In this document: positions 25,264 through 32,000 of the stretch, piece by piece
How the letters are laid out: each line of letters begins with the position of its first letter
Numbering within the stretch: the first letter of the stretch is position 1
From: Ktedonobacterales bacterium
GTDB lineage: Bacteria; Chloroflexota; Ktedonobacteria; Ktedonobacterales; JADMIN01
Length of the DNA stretch: 32,000 bases
Direction of reading: 5' to 3'
NCBI GenBank assembly: GCA_030167145.1
Contig: CP126532.1
Span: forward strand, 1,140,001-1,172,000
Notes under the pieces: generated by a model
Told to the model about the DNA's origin: nothing
Database searches by the model: none
Seen by the model: only the letters and a program-made list of their open reading frames with translations
Made by a program: the position numbers and the translations under genes

Positions 25264-26874
25264 ATGAGAGTCACGAGCGCGCACTTCAGAGACTTCAAGC
25301 GGTTTAAGGACCTAACCATACAACTACCGAGCACCGGTACGCGCCTGGTTGTCATTGCCGGGCCGAACGGGACAGGCAAGTCGTCCATCTTTGATGGCTT
25401 TAAGGTGTGGCAGGGGAGCCGCTACACCGGTTTCAATCAGGATCCGTTGTACTATGATCGGCCGGAAGCGCGTCAGTCCCAGCAAGCCTCGCAGCGGGTC
25501 AGCATCGACTTTGACCGCCCGCCGACGAGCGTTGAGGAGTTTAAGCGAGCGTTCTATATCCGCTCGGCCTACCGGCATGAAGCCGACTTCACGATGGCAC
25601 AGATTCAACGTACACCGTCGCTGCTCGACCAGAACCGGTTCTGGAAGATGATTGACCAGGATGTGGCAGTATCGCAGAACTATCAGCAACTCGTGGCCCA
25701 GACGTTTGAAGGCATGTTTGAGCCGCAGAACAACGACATGCGCGTCGAGGCTCTGCGAGAGCAGCTAATCGGCCAGGTCCGCGCGGCCATGCACCGCGTG
25801 TTTCCCGACCTGGTGCTCGAAGGCTTACAGAGTCCGATGAGCGGGGACGGCTCGTTCTTCTTCGAGAAGGGGGTGAGCCGCAAGTGGCACTACAAGAACC
25901 TCAGCGGCGGTGAACGGGCAGCGTTTGATCTGTTGCTCGACATCATCGTGAAGCGCGCAGCCTTCCACGACACGATCTACTGCATCGATGAGCCGGAGAC
26001 ACACCTCAACACGAAGGTGCAGGCGGTGTTACTGCGCGAGTTGGTCAACCAGATTCCCGAGGGGTGCCAGCTCTGGATCGCCAGCCACTCCATCGGCATG
26101 ATGCGCGAGGCGCTGACCATGTGCGACGAAGGGGCGAGCGTCGTGTTCCTCGACTTCGGCGACCGAGACTTTGATATGCCGGTCGTTATCGAGCCGTCCC
26201 GCCCGGATCGCCACTTCTGGCAGAGCGTCCTGAGCGTGGCGCTCGACGATCTGGCGGGGTTGGTGGCGCCCAAGGAGGTCGTGCTCGTCGAAGGCAAACC
26301 GCTCATTCAGGGGACGACGCGTCGAGACAGCAACGTCGAGTTTGACGCCAGGTGTCTGCGCACCATCTTCGAGCCTTATCGGCCCCAGTCAGGCTTCATT
26401 TCAGGCGGCGGCTCGCATGAGGTCGCACACGACCGTCTCGCGCTGGGCAGTGGTATCGCGGCGCTGGTGCCGGGCGCGTCGCTGATCAGGTTGATTGATC
26501 GTGACGATCGGACGGACGCTGAGGTCGAGGCGCTGCGCCGCGGCGGGTGCAGGGTGCTCGGCCGCCGTGATATCGAAAACTACCTCCTCGCCGATGACAT
26601 CCTCCGCAAGGTAGCCACCGAGATGGGTAAGCCAGGTATGGGGGATGCTTTGGTGGCGGAGAAACAGCGATTGCTTGGTGATGGAATGCTTGCAGGCCGG
26701 CCCGCAGACGATGTCAAAGCGGTTGTCGGCCCGCTCCGACAGTTTATCCGGCGGGAGTTGGCCCTAACGCAATCGGGCAACACGCCGCACGCCTTCTTGA
26801 GCGACACGATGGCGCCGCTGATTACGCCTGACACGGCAACCTACCAGGAGCTCGAGCAGGCCATTTTTGGCTAA
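25264..26874 (+). CDS. ABC-type ATPase fused to a Toprim/DUF4435-like domain (OLD-family / PARIS AriA-AriB-fusion-like), 536 aa
   Basis: Walker A GPNGTGKSS, ABC signature LSGGERAAF, Walker B TIYCIDEPETHL and H-loop WIASHS. The C-terminal part has VVLVEGK (Toprim Glu), LIRLIDRDDR (DxD) and RRDIENYLL, as I recall for DUF4435/OLD Toprim regions. Confidence 0.7.
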   Translation: MRVTSAHFRDFKRFKDLTIQLPSTGTRLVVIAGPNGTGKSSIFDGFKVWQGSRYTGFNQDPLYYDRPEARQSQQASQRVSIDFDRPPTSVEEFKRAFYIRSAYRHEADFTMAQIQRTPSLLDQNRFWKMIDQDVAVSQNYQQLVAQTFEGMFEPQNNDMRVEALREQLIGQVRAAMHRVFPDLVLEGLQSPMSGDGSFFFEKGVSRKWHYKNLSGGERAAFDLLLDIIVKRAAFHDTIYCIDEPETHLNTKVQAVLLRELVNQIPEGCQLWIASHSIGMMREALTMCDEGASVVFLDFGDRDFDMPVVIEPSRPDRHFWQSVLSVALDDLAGLVAPKEVVLVEGKPLIQGTTRRDSNVEFDARCLRTIFEPYRPQSGFISGGGSHEVAHDRLALGSGIAALVPGASLIRLIDRDDRTDAEVEALRRGGCRVLGRRDIENYLLADDILRKVATEMGKPGMGDALVAEKQRLLGDGMLAGRPADDVKAVVGPLRQFIRRELALTQSGNTPHAFLSDTMAPLITPDTATYQELEQAIFG

Positions 26875-26912
26875 CAGTCCGCGTGGCTGGCAACTCGTAG
26901 CCTAGGCGTAAC

Positions 26913-27602
26913 TCACTCCATAGGTACCTGGTGGGCTTCTGCTGGTGGCGCTCCATCATGCGCTGCTAATTCCCGCTCGCTGATGAAGCCGACATACGAG
27001 ATGGCGTGCAAACCAACCATCAGGATGGAGTCAAACAGTGACTGCACCCACGGGAAGCCGAGTTCGTTCGCCTTCCAGCGCTCCAGCGCCTCCCATTTCT
27101 CCGGCTCAGCGTGGGCCATCCCGCCATAGATGAACACGTCCATGACTTGGCGGTGGGTGTAGTTGTACTCGCCGACAACGGTTGGCAGTTCGTCCGACCC
27201 TGGCGTCGGAGGTTTGACCACTTTCTCGTTGTAGGGCGACGGGCTATCCAAGAAGGCGTTCAGTTGGGTCCGCACGTCCGTGAACGCTCCCTTCCACTCA
27301 TCTGCGAGGCCGGGGTCATCCATCACGTGCTTCGCTAGCCAGGCGAATGACGCGGTTTCCCGCTGCTGGATGAAGAAGCGGAACGTCAGGACGAACGCGT
27401 CCGTCGCGTCGTCGTCGGGGCGGACGTGCTCGATCTTGACCGCGCTCTGACCGGAGGTGGGGTCGGTCTTGTGTTCATAGGTTAGCTTCGTGCCATTACG
27501 CTCGCGGAGCAGTCCCGTGTAGCGGCCGCCGCGCAGCTTTTGGACTTTCAGGACCACCAGTTTGAGCGCCCGGCGCGTCTCGGGGCGCATCGGAGTTACC
27601 AT
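26913..27602 (-). CDS. hypothetical protein (229 aa)
   Basis: ATG 27602 (ATG 27590 is an alternative) within track ORF 26913..28061, whose upstream 153 codons are Arg/Pro-rich and overlap a gene relic in another frame. Product MVTPMRPETRRALKLVVLKVQKLRGGRYTG... No family recognised. It is convergent with the ATPase gene across a 38-nt gap. Confidence 0.5.
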   Translation of the reverse strand: MVTPMRPETRRALKLVVLKVQKLRGGRYTGLLRERNGTKLTYEHKTDPTSGQSAVKIEHVRPDDDATDAFVLTFRFFIQQRETASFAWLAKHVMDDPGLADEWKGAFTDVRTQLNAFLDSPSPYNEKVVKPPTPGSDELPTVVGEYNYTHRQVMDVFIYGGMAHAEPEKWEALERWKANELGFPWVQSLFDSILMVGLHAISYVGFISERELAAHDGAPPAEAHQVPME

Positions 27603-27906
27603 ACAATTACCTGCACCTTTCCCTCTTGCGGCTCGCTGGCCGCAACTCGATGGGAGCGTCCTGACCGCGCACCTGAACGAAAAGCGTGGCGCGGGTTTGG
27701 ATAGCCGCCGCGCCTCCGCTTGCCAGCTAAGCAAGTCACAAGTAGCGACCGCTGTCAAGGGCACGGGCGGGCGATTTCTGGCGCGCGAAGGCAACTTGCA
27801 ACGTGGAGCGGGATAGGGAGGTGAACGAACGGCTGGCCGCCGAGGCTCGTGGCGGTCTCGCTCAGGCTCGGAGCCGAAAGTCAGCGGCAGCCGGTCAATG
27901 TAGGCT

Positions 27907-28071
27907 TCACGAGCCCGCCTCACCCATGTGCGCCACTTGCCAGGTACCGTCGCTGGTTGCCACCAGCGTGAACGAGCGGGTATTGGTGCCAACGACCGTG
28001 TCTGGTGAGGACACAGCAGTGGCCTCGTAGGCGATGCACGCCGTAAGCTGGGTGTCAGCAAGATGCTCGAT
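27907..28071 (-). pseudogene. 3'-terminal relic of a paralogue of the 20217..20930 gene
   Basis: Translation ...IEHLADTQLTACIAYEATAVSSPDTVVGTNTRSFTLVATSDGTWQVAHMGEAGS* aligns with the last ~53 aa of the 237-aa protein (QLTVCIAYEVATLAAPDTVADTGTRTFTLVAANDGTWQVVQMGGTGS). DNA identity by eye is about 70% against 20217-20378. No TM or linker part is present. Confidence 0.6.
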
Positions 28072-28168
28072 CGGGCGCTGCCGGAATGGCGGGAGCTCCG
28101 CCAGAAGCTGGGCCACGCTGAATTTCAGTGACCGCCATGACGCCTGCATCAACGCGACATGCCGGTAC

Positions 28169-29176
28169 CTATTCGAACCGCAGTCGCGCGTTGAATAGGT
28201 ACGAGAACGCGCCTACCTCGACGGGCGACGTCAATTCAGCCGCCGCAGCCGCTGCCCCGAGCGCAAGCAAGCCACCCAAGACGTCACCCTGCTTCACCTG
28301 CCACGCAGCGCCAGCGAGCCCCAAGCCGAATGCCAGCGGTCGCCGCCACGCTTTTTGGGCGAGCGTACGCAACTGGGCCGCAGCATCTGCCAGTTCAGCC
28401 TGCCGTGCGTGGAGCTCCTCCTGCTGGTCATCTAACGGCAGTTGCCCGATCTCGCGCACGAATTTCCGGACATTGCGTGCATAGGCGCGGTAGTGGGGGC
28501 GGTTCTGGGCCCGGAAGTCCAGAACTTCGTCTATGGGTATCGGCCCGAGATCTACCCCAACGGTTTGCATGTCCAGCGATACGACGTGGGCCGCCGAGGG
28601 TTCCGTCGGTAAGCTGAGCAGTTCCTTCAAGGCCTCGTGAATTTGCGGCGTATCGGTCACTGGCTGGAGGTCGAGGCCCTTGGCCTTACCAACCGGCCTG
28701 AGCAGCTGCCCTAAGAGGACGAGGATGAGTGAGCGCACCAACGGGTGCATGGGAATGGAGACGTTGTCCTCTGATTGCTTGGCAAGGCCGCGGCTGATGA
28801 GTTCATCACGGATCATGCTCGCCAGGCCTTCATCAGCTACGGCGCCGAGGCGCGAGTACGACAGCTCGTGAAACCGGGTAGGTTCGGCGGCGAGACCATC
28901 GAGCGCACCGGACACCAATATGTCCGTCATCGCCGTCGCTAACGCCTCGGTCGTCGAGTGATCAATGAAGGTCTCCGGCTTGAGGATCGTAAGTAACCCA
29001 TGCTGCTCCAGCCCGGCAACGATCGCGGGATCGAACCAAAAGGGACGGTCGCGCATGTAGTTCGGTACGAGCAGCGCAATACCGTCGAAGAACAGGATGA
29101 GATTCTTAACCCAATCACCGTTACCCCACATGGGATTGGGGTAGTAGTAGGCAGTTTCGGGGACTTCATCGGCCAT
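28169..29176 (-). CDS. hypothetical protein (335 aa) with a C-terminal Gly/Ala-zipper hydrophobic tail
   Basis: ATG 29176 is preceded by AGAGGAGAAA. The N-terminus AYYYPNPMWGNGDWVKNLILFFDGIALLVP vaguely recalls a DUF family (DUF6236-like), which I cannot confirm. The C-terminus is RRPLAFGLGLAGAAWQVKQGDVLGGLLALGAAAAAAEL. Confidence 0.6.
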   Translation of the reverse strand: MADEVPETAYYYPNPMWGNGDWVKNLILFFDGIALLVPNYMRDRPFWFDPAIVAGLEQHGLLTILKPETFIDHSTTEALATAMTDILVSGALDGLAAEPTRFHELSYSRLGAVADEGLASMIRDELISRGLAKQSEDNVSIPMHPLVRSLILVLLGQLLRPVGKAKGLDLQPVTDTPQIHEALKELLSLPTEPSAAHVVSLDMQTVGVDLGPIPIDEVLDFRAQNRPHYRAYARNVRKFVREIGQLPLDDQQEELHARQAELADAAAQLRTLAQKAWRRPLAFGLGLAGAAWQVKQGDVLGGLLALGAAAAAAELTSPVEVGAFSYLFNARLRFE

Positions 29177-29195
29177 GATGGTTTCTCCTCTGCGC

Positions 29196-29225
29196 TCAAT
29201 ACCTCGATTTTCCGGGGCTTGTCAA
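29196..29225 (-). promoter_or_regulatory. candidate promoter of the 335-aa gene
   Basis: The minus strand reads TTGACA (29225-29220), an 18-nt spacer, then TATTGA (29201-29196), followed by the SD and ATG 29176. Confidence 0.4.
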
Positions 29226-29322
29226 GGCGGGCTCCGGTACGCCAACCGACTATCATGCGGCGGTAGTGCTCTCTCTGAGAGGTGTCGCATTCGGATCGCA
29301 TTCGCGAGCGGCGCAGGATCGC

Positions 29323-29904
29323 TTAGCTATGCTTCAGTTCTTTCGGCAAGAACGCGTCGATCTCGACGTCGCTGAACGTCATGTCCTCGCTCAATTTTAG
29401 CGCGGCTTGCGCTCGCTTATAGGCCCCATTGTTCGTGCTCGGGGCGTTGCGATAAATCTGGTGCAGCTCATCGCGCCGCTGATCGCGCTGCGCCTGCAGC
29501 TCTTCGATCGGTTTCTCACCCATGCGGAGGTCCACCAGCAGGGACTGGTACTTCTCACGGACGAGCCACAGGTCGCTGGCTGTTTGCCGGTGTTTCTGCG
29601 CCTGCTCGCCGGGGTCGTAGTTCTTGGTGTAGGCGTTGAGTGCCAGTAGGATGGCCGACACGATGAGGCCGACGACGGCGGCGAGTTTGCTGGTGCCGAG
29701 CACGGCGGTAATAAAGCCGACGGTGGTGAGGGCCGACAACCCAATTTGCGCGATCCTAATCCAGGACTGATTCCGCAGCAGAATGTCCGCGCACTTCTCC
29801 TGGGTCTTATGGGTATAGACGACGCGGCCGTAGGCTTCGCGCAGCTGTCCCTCGAGAATCCGCCGCGATTGCGGTGTATCGTCAGTTTGGGAATGTGGTT
29901 CCAA
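29323..29904 (-). CDS. SLATT-type two-TM effector (193 aa)
   Basis: The frame of track ORF 29323..30090 has no ATG or GTG in a sensible position. TTG at 29904 lies 6 nt after GGAGG. Product LEPHSQTDDTPQSRRILEGQLREAYGRVVYTHK..., then two TM helices (WIRIAQIGLSALTTVGFITAVLG and LAAVVGLIVSAILLALNAY) and a helical tail. This matches the SMODS-associated 2TM (SLATT) architecture. It overlaps the upstream gene by 23 nt. Confidence 0.65.
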   Translation of the reverse strand: MEPHSQTDDTPQSRRILEGQLREAYGRVVYTHKTQEKCADILLRNQSWIRIAQIGLSALTTVGFITAVLGTSKLAAVVGLIVSAILLALNAYTKNYDPGEQAQKHRQTASDLWLVREKYQSLLVDLRMGEKPIEELQAQRDQRRDELHQIYRNAPSTNNGAYKRAQAALKLSEDMTFSDVEIDAFLPKELKHS

Positions 29905-30757
29905 AGATTTTCCTCCATTTCTGCTTAGCTGACCAGTCTTGCTTCGCGGTGTCGTGGTTGATGGCTTCGACGGCGAGGTTGTAGCACTGTTTGGCTTTGT
30001 ACTGAAACAGCCCCTTGCCGTAGACCCGCTGACCGCTGCCCGGCGCCCGCCAATACTCCTGCTCTTTATCCTGACCGGCCATCCAGGCAAAGAAATCCCG
30101 GCATATGAAATCGTAGTAGAGGTACGACTTGTCCCGGTACTGGTAGGTCTCGATGAACTGGTAGGCCAACGTGTCTATGAGCAGGCCGCTAATTGGCACC
30201 GACCACTGCTGCTTCCATGCCCGCATCATCCGGCACAGGCGCATCAGGTTGTCGTTGCAGGCCGCGTTCCGGGTGCGCATCGCTGCGATCTCGGGTTTGG
30301 GGTTCGTCGTTTTCCAGCTGCCGCCGCCGTTGGTGTCCGGAAATGTGTAGCTGTCGTCGGTGTTGCGGAAGGCCGGCAGGACTTCAAAGCTGATCCCGTC
30401 GTCCCAGTTCACCTGCACGACTTGCCCGTCGGCACCGATGTGTGACGTGGAGTACGTCTTCGCCATCGAGTTGCGCACTGCTTGCAGGAGGGCGGACTGC
30501 CCATTGCCGGCATGACCGTCGTACTGCTGGTAGACCGCGTACGGCAATTGAAAGAGCATATCGACGTCGCTGGGCCCGGCGATCGCCGTGTTCCGCCCGT
30601 AGGAGCCGACGTACAGACTGTGCTCGGTGTCCGAGGTCGTGGTCCAGAAATCGGTGTTCAGCTGCCCGGTGATGCGCTGGTAGCGATACGAGATGGTGTT
30701 GCCGTCTTTGTTTTGCAGGTTTGCACAGAACGTGCTGAACCAGCCGGCCAGTCCCAT
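29882..30757 (-). CDS. SMODS / CD-NTase-like nucleotidyltransferase (291 aa)
   Basis: ATG 30757 is preceded by GGGAGGCAAGGAA. The pol-beta NTase core is YVGSYGRNTAIAGPSDVDMLFQLP (GS...DxD), with the third acidic residue in VNWDDGISFEVLPAF. The track start at 30841 adds 28 residues without an SD. Confidence 0.75.
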   Translation of the reverse strand: MGLAGWFSTFCANLQNKDGNTISYRYQRITGQLNTDFWTTTSDTEHSLYVGSYGRNTAIAGPSDVDMLFQLPYAVYQQYDGHAGNGQSALLQAVRNSMAKTYSTSHIGADGQVVQVNWDDGISFEVLPAFRNTDDSYTFPDTNGGGSWKTTNPKPEIAAMRTRNAACNDNLMRLCRMMRAWKQQWSVPISGLLIDTLAYQFIETYQYRDKSYLYYDFICRDFFAWMAGQDKEQEYWRAPGSGQRVYGKGLFQYKAKQCYNLAVEAINHDTAKQDWSAKQKWRKIFGTTFPN

Positions 30758-30985
30758 TTCCTTGCCTCCCGCGCCAACAAATATGCTGCCGGAGGGCGCG
30801 GCAGTCATGTAGCCACACCTCGTCCAGGACACAGGCAGCACGTGTCGTCTGCCCTTCCAGTGCCAGATGGGGCTGCTCTGTGCGGTACGTGTCCCTGCAT
30901 TGCTGCTCAGATTGTATCACAAAGCGAAGGAGCGTTCGAACACGTGTACCAGTGCGCATTGATGCTCACAGAGGCAGCGGGTCAA

Positions 30986-31324
30986 GCCGGTCAGCCACAT
31001 GTCGCGCACGATCACCAACTTGAGCGGATTGGCGGGATTCTTAAAGCGCTTGGCGATATCATCGCGGCCCTTCTTATTGCGAATGTGCGGCTGCCAGTCG
31101 AGCGGATCAGTGGCCGAGCCGGTCATGACGACTTTGAGCGCGCCGCTCGCGTCATCGTCGCTGTGCCACTCAGGTCGCAGCCGGATGAGCGCGCGGTCGA
31201 CTTCAATGGCGGGACTCTCACGGCTCTTGGCATCCAATATCGTTAAGATCCGAAACCGTTGCCTGCTCGCCAGGTTGTCACTTTCTGCAATGCGTGCCAG
31301 GACACGGTATGCGCGAATCGTCAC
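30986..31324 (-). pseudogene. hsdR: internal relic of a type I restriction enzyme R subunit gene
   Basis: Translation ...[69 protein letters not shown] matches the highly conserved HsdR helicase-C block as I recall it from EcoKI-type enzymes. Similarity stops abruptly after WLTG (about nt 30986). No N-terminal nuclease or DEAD part is present. Confidence 0.65.
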
Positions 31325-31350
31325 ACAAGGTCGCGCGCCGGGGCCGGACG

Positions 31351-32000
31351 TTATGCGCTCCGGGACAGAGCGTTCGGGCCAATCTCGTCGACATTACGGT
31401 ATCCGCTGAGCCCGACTGTTAGGTCGAAGTCCGCGAGCAGGCTACGCAGGACGTGTCGCACGCCTCGCTCGCCACCCTGACCCAGCCCGAACGCTACTGG
31501 GCGCCCAACCAAGACTGCCCGGGCACCAAGCGCGAGCGCTTTGAATATGTCCGAACCACTGCGTATTCCGGAATCGAAAAGCACTTCCAGACGGTCACCC
31601 ACGGCCCGAACGATGTCTGGAAGAACATCCAAGGAGCCCACAGCGCCGTCTACCTGGCGCCCACCATGGTTGGATACCACAATCCCGTCCGCTCCAACAT
31701 CTATTGCGAACAACGCATCATCTGGATGCTGGATTCCCTTGAGTACCATTGGCCCACCCCAATGCCGCCGCAAGAATTCCACATACTGCCATGTCCGATC
31801 AACGTCATTAAATATCTCGGACCATCTCTTTACTGCCGCTACGAGGTCGACAGTCGGTGGCGCATCAAGCTGCGAGAGAAAGACTGGATCGGTGAATGGT
31901 ATGGCCGACCCAACGCCTAGGTTGAAAGCGGGATACGCACCGTCTAGATCGTTAGGTCGCCAACCAAGAGACCAGCAGTCGATGGTTACAACAAGCGTCG
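31351..32000 (-). CDS. FMN-dependent alpha-hydroxy-acid oxidase / lactate 2-monooxygenase-like enzyme, C-terminal part (5' end beyond the window)
   Basis: My own translation extends track ORF 31351..31782 upstream without stops to nt 31998: [28 protein letters not shown]...[11 protein letters not shown]...[17 protein letters not shown]...[27 protein letters not shown]. These are classic FMN-dependent dehydrogenase motifs. Confidence 0.85.
   Translation of the reverse strand, partial: TLVVTIDCWSLGWRPNDLDGAYPAFNLGVGSAIPFTDPVFLSQLDAPPTVDLVAAVKRWSEIFNDVDRTWQYVEFLRRHWGGPMVLKGIQHPDDALFAIDVGADGIVVSNHGGRQVDGAVGSLDVLPDIVRAVGDRLEVLFDSGIRSGSDIFKALALGARAVLVGRPVAFGLGQGGERGVRHVLRSLLADFDLTVGLSGYRNVDEIGPNALSRSA

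Noticed and set aside
30855-30875. Possible second att copy (CCAGATGGGGC, resembling CCAGATGGTGGAGATGGGGGA at 2928-2947)
   Set aside because: Only about 8-9 nt match, which is within chance expectation for 32 kb of GC-rich DNA. There is no adjacent T-arm-like sequence.
30384-31246. ORFs 30384..30959 (minus, 191 aa) and 30482..31246 (plus, 254 aa)
   Set aside because: They overlap the CD-NTase-like gene and the hsdR relic in other frames or on the other strand. Their composition is junk-like and they have no start signals.
1-32000. CRISPR arrays, IS elements/transposases, rRNA, long terminal inverted repeats
   Set aside because: Reading through both strands, I saw no regularly spaced repeats, no DDE or serine-recombinase-like ORFs and no rRNA-like segments. 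The only repeats seen are the short ones listed as features.

Overview
High-GC bacterial chromosomal segment. Spot counts of single 60-nt lines give about 68% GC in the conjugation genes and about 53-57% in the 11.7-16.3 kb block. No rRNA, CRISPR array or transposase was seen. Left flank (1-2825): ordinary-looking genes, namely a patatin-like phospholipase running off the window, a 2-TM protein and two hypotheticals. At 2932-2970 there is a partial tRNA/tmRNA-like 3' end (T-arm, acceptor strand, CCA) with odd tandem repeats. It abuts a tyrosine integrase, so I read it as an att junction of an integrated element. Next comes a conjugative-type backbone: xis-like HTH, replication-relaxation protein, type IV coupling ATPase, small coupled ORFs and an ArdC-like antirestriction protein. 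Two copies of a TGTCAC-N6-GTGACA operator-like palindrome sit in this backbone. The rest of the window is a dense defence and accessory island. It contains a beta-class SPPF DNA methyltransferase translationally coupled to an unusual nuclease-like/HEAT-repeat protein, which is my top candidate for an undescribed system. It also contains a Kiwa-like kwaAB pair and a roughly 1,275-aa orphan protein broken by a -1 frameshift. Further right are a prepilin-like protein and a CHAP hydrolase, an ABC-ATPase/Toprim (OLD/PARIS-like) fusion, and two unknown genes (229 aa and 335 aa, the latter with a glycine-zipper tail). A SMODS nucleotidyltransferase plus SLATT 2-TM effector pair (type I CBASS-like) closes the island. 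Gene relics mark repeated cassette turnover: an SRAP 3' end, an hsdR core and a paralogous 3' gene fragment. The right edge (31351-32000) is a partial FMN-dependent alpha-hydroxy-acid oxidase/lactate monooxygenase-like gene. All family calls come from motifs read by eye and need HMM or structure searches.
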